A stretch of 43,550 nucleotides of DNA. It comes from Chlamydiia bacterium (GTDB lineage Bacteria; Chlamydiota; Chlamydiia; Chlamydiales; Parachlamydiaceae). Under the pieces are notes generated by a model that had not been told where the DNA came from, searched no databases, and was given only the letters and a program-made list of their open reading frames with translations. The DNA is taken from positions 1 through 43,550 of the forward strand of contig JAGROB010000054.1 of NCBI GenBank assembly GCA_020440465.1, given 5' to 3'. Shown piece after piece: positions 1 through 7,678 of the stretch. Both the position numbers and the translations under genes were made by a program. The first letter of the stretch is position 1; every line of letters starts with the position of its first letter.

Positions 1-52
1 GGTCTTTAAGTCTTTCAATTAAAAGCTTTTGGTATTTCGTCAATTTTGCCAT
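1..52 (-). CDS. 5' end of an ORF running off the left window edge (MAKLTKYQKLLIERLKD...), possibly another HTH/antitoxin-like gene
   Basis: ATG at 52..50 on the minus strand, 2 nt downstream of the antitoxin stop (55..57). Frame is open to position 1. Only 17 codons are visible. Confidence 0.25.
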   Translation of the reverse strand, partial: MAKLTKYQKLLIERLKD

Positions 53-54
53 AG

Positions 55-321
55 CTAAGACGTTGCATGGACCAGTTTTGCTAAAGTATTTAACGTGGGA
101 TTCTTGTTTTTAAAAACGTGATAGAGGGTATTTCTAGAAATATCACAATCTTTAGCCAGCTGACTTTTATTTTTTGCTGAAAGATGCGCTTCAATTATTT
201 CGATAACCCCATCAGGATCATTATCTTTAAGACACTCCCAGACTGCCCTTGCAATTAACTCTTCATCCAGTAAATCTTTTGCGGGGTTGTATTCGCGAGG
301 TTGCTTCTTTAACTTAATCAT
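55..321 (-). CDS. HTH antitoxin, HigA / 'addiction module antidote' type
   Basis: 88-aa frame from the ATG at 321..319, with an 8-nt overlap (ATGATTAA) onto the toxin stop at 314..316. C-terminal HTH-like segment SQLAKDCDISRNTLYHVFKNKNPTLNTLAKLV. The ORF-track start at 390 adds a K/R/S/T-rich 23-aa extension lying inside the toxin gene, so it is probably not the real start. Confidence 0.75.
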   Translation of the reverse strand: MIKLKKQPREYNPAKDLLDEELIARAVWECLKDNDPDGVIEIIEAHLSAKNKSQLAKDCDISRNTLYHVFKNKNPTLNTLAKLVHATS

Positions 322-610
322 CGATCCACTTTTTGTAGATTTTTTCCGCTTTGTTGATGTCTTTGGTCTGCCCATTTTTATTTCCTCCAAGGAGCATTAA
401 AACCTGTGCCTCAGGAATCAAGGAAAAATATACTCTTCTTCCATTCTCCCATCGTAGCTCCCAGAGATTGCTCCTTAATTTCTTGTAATCTCCAAAATGA
501 CCTTCATCTTGAATCCTATCAAGACGCTTCGCTATCTGAACACGCGACCTTGCCGGCTCGGACTCGAACCAATCAAAATATTCGTCCGCTCCAAGTATCG
601 TGTATCTCAT
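314..610 (-). CDS. RelE/ParE-superfamily toxin (HigB-like 'addiction module killer')
   Basis: 98 aa. Pattern ...LWELRWENGRRVYFSL...MLLGGNKNGQ... is typical of this small toxin family. It lies upstream of, and overlaps, an HTH partner gene (toxin-first order). Confidence 0.75.
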   Translation of the reverse strand: MRYTILGADEYFDWFESEPARSRVQIAKRLDRIQDEGHFGDYKKLRSNLWELRWENGRRVYFSLIPEAQVLMLLGGNKNGQTKDINKAEKIYKKWIDD

Positions 611-734
611 TCTTATTGTACCATATATTAGACATTTTTCTCACTATATCCCCCACTTTAAAGAGGATTTAATGAAAAATTGTAACATATAAACTACAAA
701 AGTCAAATATTTTATTAAGACAAAGGTCAATCTC

Positions 735-1160
735 TTAAGGTATATGCCCCACGAGCCAGGATAAAACTAAAAGCGAGCGGGCTGACCAAAAGAGGGTGCG
801 GAGCCAGTTGTAGCGGACGAGGTGCTGAACGTAGCGAGGATCGCCTGTTTGGGCGAGTTTGGCGTGAAGGGGGGCAAATTGCTTTAGGGTGAGGCCCCAG
901 ATGGCTAGAAGGAGCAAGGCTCCAAGCGCCCAGATTAAGGTTGTGGGATGCTTGAAATAGAGAAAAATCCCCGTGATCAGCTCAAGCGACATCATCGGCA
1001 GGACGATCCAGGCCGTTTTAACCCCATGCTTTTTGGTGTATAAAGGGCGGTGGCTGTCGGGCACGTCGGCAAAAAGCGGGTAGTGCACAAGCTGCACAAA
1101 CCAAATTAGCCCCGTCATAAAGAAAGTGGCAAAGATATGTAGGGATATTGTCCAAATCAT
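735..1160 (-). CDS. Small integral membrane protein (about 4 predicted TM helices), function unknown
   Basis: 141 aa with four hydrophobic stretches (e.g. ISLHIFATFFMTGLIWFV, WIVLPMMSLELITGIFLYF). ATG overlaps the stop of the upstream flavoprotein gene by 4 nt (1157..1160). Confidence 0.6.
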   Translation of the reverse strand: MIWTISLHIFATFFMTGLIWFVQLVHYPLFADVPDSHRPLYTKKHGVKTAWIVLPMMSLELITGIFLYFKHPTTLIWALGALLLLAIWGLTLKQFAPLHAKLAQTGDPRYVQHLVRYNWLRTLFWSARSLLVLSWLVGHIP

Positions 1161-2314
1161 GGGCTATTGACTCCTTGAATGACCGCCTGAGCGGCTTTTT
1201 TTCCCCCCCAAATCGCGTCGTTGATTGAGGGGGGGTCGACAAGCTCCCCCGCCAAAAAGATACCTTCATACTCCCCCTTTTGAAAAGGAGGCGCTTTATC
1301 TTGTTTCGGCAAGGCGTACGGGACATTGATACTTTTTAAAAACTGAAGCGTGCCGGAGGGTATCTTTAAAGCCCGGGTTAAATAAACTTCCACCGCCTCT
1401 GCCTGAGGCACTTCATGCCCAACAGAGGTCGCAGAAATTAAATGTTGTCCCTCGGGTGCGTAAGACGGCTGTACTTGGGAGAGTACCGAAAAATTATTAA
1501 CGGGACTTTCGGGACGGCTGTCGAGCCATAAAAACTTGTCGGCTTCCACTTTATCTTTTGGCGCGGAAAAATAAAACACCTCCGTCGCCTCTCCTTTCTC
1601 CTCCCGATCGACGCCTAAAAGCCTAAAAGCCGAAGGAAGCTCTGTCCCCAGGAGCAAAAAATCACAAGAAAGCTTCTCCCCGCTTTGGAGTACCACACCC
1701 TTTTTATGCACCTTCTGAACGGGAGTGTTCAGCCGAATTTCGGAGGATTTCAAATCTTTAGCCATCAAAGCGGCAAGTTCCCCCATCCCCTTTTCGGGAA
1801 GAGTCACTCTTCCCTTCAGAAAAAAAGGAATTAATGCTTTGATCCGCTTTGAGCGGGTTGAAAGCTCCGGGTCCAAGAAGACGCCCCTGAAAAAAGGGAT
1901 CCAAAAGGCCTTCATGAACGCATTTTCTTCAAATAGATGAGACGCCGGCTTGTTTTCAGAGGGATAAAACAGTTTAAGGCTTTTCAAAAGCCCTAAAAAC
2001 TCCGTTCTATTCCACCGGAAGGGATTAAAGGGGTTCAGCTTCCTAAAGTCATTTTCCCAAAAGTATCTTGCGCCGGTTTCAAAGGGCTTCAGTTTAAGCG
2101 CCGCTTCATACTCCCCGATTTCGGGATAGCTATCCAATAACACTTGAAAGCCCCGATCGAGCAAAAAGCCCTGAAACTCATCCGTTCTGACACGTCCCCC
2201 CACTTTATCCGATTGCTCCAGGATAAGGGGGCTTAACCCGGACGCTTCCAACACTTTTGCCGCCGCCAGCCCCGCAAGGCCAGCCCCGACAATCACAATT
2301 TTAGGCTTACTCAT
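1157..2314 (-). CDS. FAD-dependent oxidoreductase (amine oxidase / phytoene desaturase superfamily)
   Basis: N-terminal dinucleotide-binding motif IVIVGAGLAGLAAAKVLE...LEQSDKVGGR. C-terminal FLAGE...SINDAIWGGKKAA is typical of the flavin amine-oxidase fold. Confidence 0.75.
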   Translation of the reverse strand: MSKPKIVIVGAGLAGLAAAKVLEASGLSPLILEQSDKVGGRVRTDEFQGFLLDRGFQVLLDSYPEIGEYEAALKLKPFETGARYFWENDFRKLNPFNPFRWNRTEFLGLLKSLKLFYPSENKPASHLFEENAFMKAFWIPFFRGVFLDPELSTRSKRIKALIPFFLKGRVTLPEKGMGELAALMAKDLKSSEIRLNTPVQKVHKKGVVLQSGEKLSCDFLLLGTELPSAFRLLGVDREEKGEATEVFYFSAPKDKVEADKFLWLDSRPESPVNNFSVLSQVQPSYAPEGQHLISATSVGHEVPQAEAVEVYLTRALKIPSGTLQFLKSINVPYALPKQDKAPPFQKGEYEGIFLAGELVDPPSINDAIWGGKKAAQAVIQGVNSP

Positions 2315-2523
2315 AGCCCTAACATAACGAAAGCTTAAAAAGGGGGATAAGAAAAACTGCAGAGAGGGGCTTGGAACTTCGGCATCAACAAAGTTGATAC
2401 AGGTGGGTCCGGTTCTCTAAAGGCCACGGCCGAATAGTATCCCCGGTCCCTCAAACAATAAATATAGTTGAAAGCACTATGAGTTCCCTAAGGGATCCCT
2501 CTCCGCAGAAACCTTTATTATAC

Positions 2524-2889
2524 TCATTTAAGCCACTTTCTGACAATCTTCGGAAGCTCTATAGGGTCAAAAGGCTTTGAGACAACATCCTGAACGCCTA
2601 GGTTTTTATACGCTTCTACCTCGTCTCTTTGCACTTTAGCTGTTACAAAAAGCACCGGCGTCTCTTTGTAGCCCGGCAGTTTTCTTAAAGCATGAAAAGT
2701 GGACACTCCATCTAACTCCGGCATCATAACATCGAGTAAAATCAGATCGAACAGCTTTTCCTTCATCAATTCAAGCGCTTCTTTACCTGTCGAGGCCGTG
2801 GTAAGATGGACATAATCCATTTTTCTTATGATGTAGCTCACAATCAGGGTAATATCGGGATCGTCATCGACAAAAAGCACCTCTTTCAT
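2524..2889 (-). CDS. Stand-alone response-regulator receiver (CheY-like), no output domain
   Basis: 121 aa. Acidic pocket VDDD, phospho-acceptor context LILLDVMMP, FVTA (Thr) and SKPF (Lys). 4-nt overlap with the kinase gene stop. Confidence 0.9.
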   Translation of the reverse strand: MKEVLFVDDDPDITLIVSYIIRKMDYVHLTTASTGKEALELMKEKLFDLILLDVMMPELDGVSTFHALRKLPGYKETPVLFVTAKVQRDEVEAYKNLGVQDVVSKPFDPIELPKIVRKWLK

Positions 2890-3962
2890 GGATTCCTTTT
2901 AACTGTAGGCAGCTGAAAATAAAACGTCGAGCCTTTCCCCTCTTCCGTCACAAAGTCAATCTGCCCCCCATGTCCCTCGATAATTTGCCGACAAAGTGTC
3001 AATCCCAATCCCGCCCCCTCATGCTTACGGGTGTGAACACTTTCCGCCTGAACAAAAGAGTCAAAAATAATCGGGTGAAACTCTTTGGGTATTCCCTTTC
3101 CCTTGTCTTTAACTAAAACTCTTACCCACCCTTTTCCCGTTTTAATGGTTATCGTAATTTCTTTTCCCTCATCAGAGGCTTTCATGGCGTTTTTGACTAA
3201 GTTCGACAAAACAATAGTAAGCCGCTCTTTATCTCCCCTGATATGAGGAGCAGGACCGCGGTTTAGCTTTAACTTTATCGGATGGGTCTTTATGGAAAAG
3301 CCCTTCATAAAGTCTTTGATTAACGCTTTAACCTCCAGAATCTCCATGTCATACTTCAAAACCCCCTCTTTCGAGTCTTTTATATCTAAAAGGTTCTCGA
3401 CCAAATCCTTTAATCTCAATGAGTTTTTATAAGCTACCTGGATAAAACTTTTTGCCTCCTTGGGACGCATAGACTCGGTTGTCAAAAGGGTTAGTGCTCC
3501 ATGAATCGCAGTTAAGGGGGTCCTGATCTCGTGACTTATAACGCTTGTCACTTCAAGTCTTAAAGCCTCTAGCCGCTTCATCTCGGAAAGGTCACGGCTC
3601 AAAACTCGAAACCCTTTTTGCTCTCCATGACTATCACTTAGGGCGGTGACTTTACTGTCAAACCACATCTCTCCCCCTTTTTTCGTATAAAAGCGTGTGG
3701 TTAGAGGTATGTTGGCTTTTTTTCCGAGATGCTTTGTACCAAACCGAAGCAAGATCATTTCGTGATCGTCGGGGTTAAGTAAGGAAAAGACATTTATTCC
3801 AAGAATCTCATCTTCAGAATACCCTAAAAGTTTTTCTACCGAGGGACTTGAAAAAAGAATGTTTCCCTTTAAATCGCACTCCCATAGCCAATCCTCCATC
3901 GTCTCGATATAGCTTCTGTAAAGCGCCTCGGTCTTTTTCTTACTGAGCGGCCTGGCTTTCAT
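2886..3962 (-). CDS. Soluble PAS-domain sensor histidine kinase
   Basis: No TM segment. PAS-like N-terminal half (WLWECDLKGNILFSSPSVEKLLGYSEDEILG). H-box SHEIRTPLTAIHG, N-box LVKNAMKAS, G1 DKGKGIP, G2 GAGLGL. Confidence 0.9.
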   Translation of the reverse strand: MKARPLSKKKTEALYRSYIETMEDWLWECDLKGNILFSSPSVEKLLGYSEDEILGINVFSLLNPDDHEMILLRFGTKHLGKKANIPLTTRFYTKKGGEMWFDSKVTALSDSHGEQKGFRVLSRDLSEMKRLEALRLEVTSVISHEIRTPLTAIHGALTLLTTESMRPKEAKSFIQVAYKNSLRLKDLVENLLDIKDSKEGVLKYDMEILEVKALIKDFMKGFSIKTHPIKLKLNRGPAPHIRGDKERLTIVLSNLVKNAMKASDEGKEITITIKTGKGWVRVLVKDKGKGIPKEFHPIIFDSFVQAESVHTRKHEGAGLGLTLCRQIIEGHGGQIDFVTEEGKGSTFYFQLPTVKRNP

Positions 3963-4941
3963 ATACTACCTTTACTTCCTGAGCGATCTCTTTTAGAGTC
4001 TCTTCTAAACGAATAGAGGGAGCAAACCCTGTAAGGGCTCTTAATTTAGTTAAGTCGGGACAACGCCGTCTGACATCGACAAAATCGACGCCGTACGCTT
4101 CCTTGTAGTCCATAAATACGATCTCGGAGTCACTATCAGTGATTTTCTTAATAAGTTTTGCCAAATCTAAAATAGAGCACTCCCGATCATCCCCCACATT
4201 AACGATTTCCCCTGAGCTTTTCGGCGTCTCCATTAAAAGGGAAAGCGCTTTGACGGTATCTTTTACATTGGAAAAAGAGCGGGTTTGAAGCCCGTCCCCA
4301 AAAACTGTAATCGGCTTTCCCGATAACGCTTGTTTCAAGAAATTCGGAACCACCATCCCATAAGCGGGGCTTTGTCTTGCACCAATCGTGTTAAAAAGCC
4401 TGGCGATCGTCACTTTAATCCCCCGCGAGTGGGCAAAACTAAGCGCCATGATTTCATTCACATATTTTCCCACAGGATATGTCTCTTGCAAGAATTTGCC
4501 CGTGGGGAAAATTAGATTCACATTTTCCGGGACTTTCTCGTTTTGGGGGATATCCAGATGGCAGTAAACCTCAGAAGTTGAAGCAATCAAAATTTTCGCA
4601 TTTGTTTTGGACTTACTCATCGCCTCAAAAAGTCTTTCAGCCCCGTCGATATTATTCGAAATCGTGTTTACCGGATGATTTAAGACGTATTTTTGTCCCA
4701 CGCTTGCCGCCATGTGGTAAATCGCGTCCGCCTCTTTTACCATCGATTCAAGACCGGAAAAGTCTAAAATATTCGCTTGCACAAACTTGAAGTTGGGATT
4801 CTTTTTGAAAGGTTCGATATTTCTTTCCGAACCCGTCTGCAAGTTGTCAATGACAAGAACCTTATCCCCCTGATTCAAGTGATACTCCGCAATATACGAC
4901 CCGATAAATCCGGCACCGCCTGTAACGATCACGTTTTTCAT
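3940..4941 (-). CDS. NAD-dependent sugar-nucleotide epimerase/dehydratase (SDR), UDP-uronate decarboxylase-like or 4-epimerase-like
   Basis: Rossmann motif VTGGAGFIGS, DNLQTGSERNI, STSEVY and YxxxK (YPVGK). Substrate and reaction cannot be resolved by eye. Confidence 0.85.
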   Translation of the reverse strand: MKNVIVTGGAGFIGSYIAEYHLNQGDKVLVIDNLQTGSERNIEPFKKNPNFKFVQANILDFSGLESMVKEADAIYHMAASVGQKYVLNHPVNTISNNIDGAERLFEAMSKSKTNAKILIASTSEVYCHLDIPQNEKVPENVNLIFPTGKFLQETYPVGKYVNEIMALSFAHSRGIKVTIARLFNTIGARQSPAYGMVVPNFLKQALSGKPITVFGDGLQTRSFSNVKDTVKALSLLMETPKSSGEIVNVGDDRECSILDLAKLIKKITDSDSEIVFMDYKEAYGVDFVDVRRRCPDLTKLRALTGFAPSIRLEETLKEIAQEVKVVYESQAAQ

Positions 4942-6239
4942 GCTTTAATCACCTTCGACTTAGTCCCTTCAAGCTCTCCCAAAGCATTTCTGCAGTCGAT
5001 AATAAGCGAGCTATTTTTTAATACCTTTTCCCATTGGTAGCTATCATGATCCGTCGCGATCACAACCGCATCATACTTATCTAATTTGTCGTAATCCAGG
5101 GGAGTATTTTTCATATCGACACGTTTGAGTTGTTCTACGTAAGGGTCATTATACTCAACCTCAGCCCCATGCTCTTTTAAAAACCGAAGAATATCGATGG
5201 CAGGGGACTCTCTTGTGTCGTTTACGTTTCTTTTGTAGCTAACCCCCAGCACCAAAACTTTGGAACCTTTTACGGGAAGTCCCTTCTCGTTCAGCCCCTC
5301 CGCGATTTTATTAAAGGTATAAAGGGGCATTTTGTCATTGATGTGCCCCGATAGATCCAATAGTGTGGTGGGTCCTTTGGTCGCTCTGGCTTTCCAGACC
5401 ATGTAAAACGGTGCGATCGGAATGCAGTCCCCCCCGGCGCCTGGGCTGGGATTAAATCTTTGAAATCCGAAGGGTTTACTATCAGCGGCCTCGATCACTT
5501 CCCAAACATCAATACCCATCTTTTCCAGCATCACTTTCATTTCGTTGATGAAGGAAATATTGACCAGTCGATAGCCGTTTTGAAGAAGTTTTGCCGCTTC
5601 CGCCACTTTCGGAGAAGAGACTTTAAACGTCTCGCATCCCAAAGACTCGTACAACATCGCCGCAAGCTCAAGACAGCGGGGGGTAATGCCGCTAACGATG
5701 CGGGGAATTTGGGAAAAACTAAATTTTTCGTTGCCCGGATCAGCAATCTCCGGCACATGGGCCAAGAAAAAGTCTTCCCCTACCTTGAAATTTTCTGAGG
5801 CTAACAGGGGTAAAAGCTCCTCTTCGGTCGTTCCGGGATAAGTCGAGCTTTGTAAGATGACAAGCTGATCCTTTTTTAGATGTGACCGTACCGTCTTGAA
5901 AGCGGCTCTCAAATTGGTTAAATCGGGGTTATGATACTCATCAAGCGTCGTTGGAACGGAAATGACCAAAATATCGGCATCGTCCAGGACGTCGGGATTG
6001 GAAGAGGCCTTAAACCTCCCTTCGTCCATCAGCTTAAAGAGCGAAGTCAGCGGCATAAAGTTTAAATAGCTTTTGCGGCGGTTTAAAAGCTCCATCCGTT
6101 CTTGAGAAACGTCGAAACCGCGGAGCTGAAAACCGGCATTTCCGTACGCCTCTAATAAAGAAAGCCCGATATAACCGACACCGATCACACCGACAATGGC
6201 CGTGCGGTCTTCGATTTTCTTTTTTAATATCTCTTCCAT
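4938..6239 (-). CDS. Nucleotide-sugar 6-dehydrogenase, UDP-N-acetyl-hexosamine class (WbpA/TviB/WecC-like)
   Basis: N-terminal GVIGVGYIGL Rossmann motif, SVPTTLD, and catalytic-Cys motif GAGGDCIPIAPFY resembling the GGHCIPxDPxY of UDP-HexNAc dehydrogenases. 433 aa. Confidence 0.85.
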   Translation of the reverse strand: MEEILKKKIEDRTAIVGVIGVGYIGLSLLEAYGNAGFQLRGFDVSQERMELLNRRKSYLNFMPLTSLFKLMDEGRFKASSNPDVLDDADILVISVPTTLDEYHNPDLTNLRAAFKTVRSHLKKDQLVILQSSTYPGTTEEELLPLLASENFKVGEDFFLAHVPEIADPGNEKFSFSQIPRIVSGITPRCLELAAMLYESLGCETFKVSSPKVAEAAKLLQNGYRLVNISFINEMKVMLEKMGIDVWEVIEAADSKPFGFQRFNPSPGAGGDCIPIAPFYMVWKARATKGPTTLLDLSGHINDKMPLYTFNKIAEGLNEKGLPVKGSKVLVLGVSYKRNVNDTRESPAIDILRFLKEHGAEVEYNDPYVEQLKRVDMKNTPLDYDKLDKYDAVVIATDHDSYQWEKVLKNSSLIIDCRNALGELEGTKSKVIKA

Positions 6240-7672
6240 TTCATGGGTCCTTTGGCTTCGATCGCTTTTACCATCTTATTAATTCTGCGACTTACCTTTT
6301 GAATTAAGGGAAATCGAGCAAAAAAGCTTATAATCCCCCTTATACGCCAAATTAACGTGAGTTGTCGATAGCCAAAGTTTTCTATGAGGCTGTACCAAAG
6401 AAGAAGCAATAAAGCCCTTGGGCTTGAGTACCTTCTGAAACTTTGATCCTCGATAAACAAACAAAAGACCGAGTAGACGAAGGTATAGCCCCACATGATA
6501 AAAACTAAAACCCAAACAAAAGCTATATTAACCAGTCCCAGATAAAGCCCAATTATAACATAGGTAATGCCGATCAGCTCCATAATCGGCTCGATCGCTT
6601 CCGAAAGTACGACAAAGGGCATCACAAACAGGCCATAAACTTTATATACAGGATTAAAAATCATTACTTTATGAAACCAAAGCGACTCCCAAAGCCCCCG
6701 TTGCCAATTCTGTCTTTGCCGCCCAAGTTCTTTAAAGGTCGTCGGTCCCTCCGTCCAGGCGACGGGGTCGGGAAGATAGACGATATCATAAGGAGTCTTC
6801 GTCTTCAGCATGATCCGATTTAAGCGTAAGATGGCTTCCAGATCGTCAGCCACTGTCTCTTGAAAGCCGCCCGATTTAACAACGGCGGCGTGATCGAAAA
6901 CGGTAAACGCTCCCGATAAGATGTGATTTCCGCCGATATAGTCCCACCCCTGCCTCATCAAAAATGCGCGCAAATACTCAAGCGACTGCATGGCAGCGAT
7001 ATAGCTTTTTGGAAAGTCTTCTGAGTTAATTGCACGGTAGCCCACCTCGCACCCGTTTAAAATGCGGACGCTTGCCCCCATCGCAATCGTTTGGGGTGAT
7101 GTAAAAATTGGGCGAATCAAAGCTTCAAAGCCCTTATTGTCGATACGAGAGTCTGCGTCAAAAGTCACAAAGTAAGGTGTCTTTACTGCATTTAACCCGG
7201 CATTGAGTGCGTCGTGCTTGGTGCCGTTTTCTTTATCGATCACCCACACTTCATGGTGGGATAAACTCCGGTAAAATCCCCTCACAGGCTTCGATATCAG
7301 CGTTTTTTCGTAGTACTCCGGTATTTTTACAAGATTAAGCCGTTTTTTGATGATATCCAAGGTCTCGTCAGTCGACCCGTCATTAATAACGATAATCTCT
7401 TTTGCGGGATAGGTCAGACTAATTAAGTTATCGATCGCCTCTCTGATATCTTTCGCTTCGTTGTAAGCCGGCATTAAAAAAGTGATACCGGGAAGGGAAT
7501 TCGACTGAATGTCGTGTAAAAAATCCTGAGCCTTAAGCTCTTTTTCCCGCCGGTATATTTTGGTCACGCCCAAAAGCAGAAGGGTGACATAAAGCACGTT
7601 GATGGAGCCGAAATAGATAAGAAATAATGGCTCCAACCAGATGGAGACGCTTTCGAAAAATGACTCCATCAT
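6224..7672 (-). CDS. Membrane-embedded processive family-2 glycosyltransferase (PgaC/IcaA/NodC/BcsA-like polysaccharide synthase)
   Basis: N-terminal TM helix. GT-A motifs NDGSTDET and FDADS, VADDLE, then Q-R-Q-N-W (QxxRW), followed by several C-terminal TM helices. The first ATG is at 7672; the ORF-track start at 7678 is TTG and directly abuts the HEAT gene stop. Confidence 0.85.
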   Translation of the reverse strand: MMESFFESVSIWLEPLFLIYFGSINVLYVTLLLLGVTKIYRREKELKAQDFLHDIQSNSLPGITFLMPAYNEAKDIREAIDNLISLTYPAKEIIVINDGSTDETLDIIKKRLNLVKIPEYYEKTLISKPVRGFYRSLSHHEVWVIDKENGTKHDALNAGLNAVKTPYFVTFDADSRIDNKGFEALIRPIFTSPQTIAMGASVRILNGCEVGYRAINSEDFPKSYIAAMQSLEYLRAFLMRQGWDYIGGNHILSGAFTVFDHAAVVKSGGFQETVADDLEAILRLNRIMLKTKTPYDIVYLPDPVAWTEGPTTFKELGRQRQNWQRGLWESLWFHKVMIFNPVYKVYGLFVMPFVVLSEAIEPIMELIGITYVIIGLYLGLVNIAFVWVLVFIMWGYTFVYSVFCLFIEDQSFRRYSSPRALLLLLWYSLIENFGYRQLTLIWRIRGIISFFARFPLIQKVSRRINKMVKAIEAKGPMKWKRY

Positions 7673-7678
7673 ATTCAA

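Noticed and set aside
406-672. 88-aa plus-strand ORF across the toxin gene and its promoter
   Set aside because: It is entirely antisense to the well-supported toxin gene, has low-complexity composition and carries no motif. It is a shadow ORF.
1018-1326. 102-aa minus-strand ORF overlapping the junction between the flavoprotein and membrane-protein genes
   Set aside because: It is an alternate frame of two motif-supported genes and has no features of its own.
2315-2523. 209-bp intergenic region with several short palindromes (ATCAAC-AAA-GTTGAT, GGCC-AC-GGCC, TCCCT-A-AGGGA), checked for tRNA, SRP RNA or a terminator
   Set aside because: There is no cloverleaf, no T-loop (GTTCGAATC-like) and no SRP domain IV motif. 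No hairpin is followed by a U-run on the transcribed strand. I cannot support an RNA gene from sequence alone.
4330-5040. Three plus-strand ORFs (61, 103 and 87 aa) inside the epimerase and dehydrogenase genes
   Set aside because: They are antisense to genes with clear Rossmann and catalytic motifs. Their Arg/Pro/Ser-rich composition is typical of antisense frames.
5460-5798. 112-aa plus-strand and 73-aa minus-strand ORFs within the dehydrogenase gene
   Set aside because: They are shadow or alternate-frame ORFs of a confidently identified gene.
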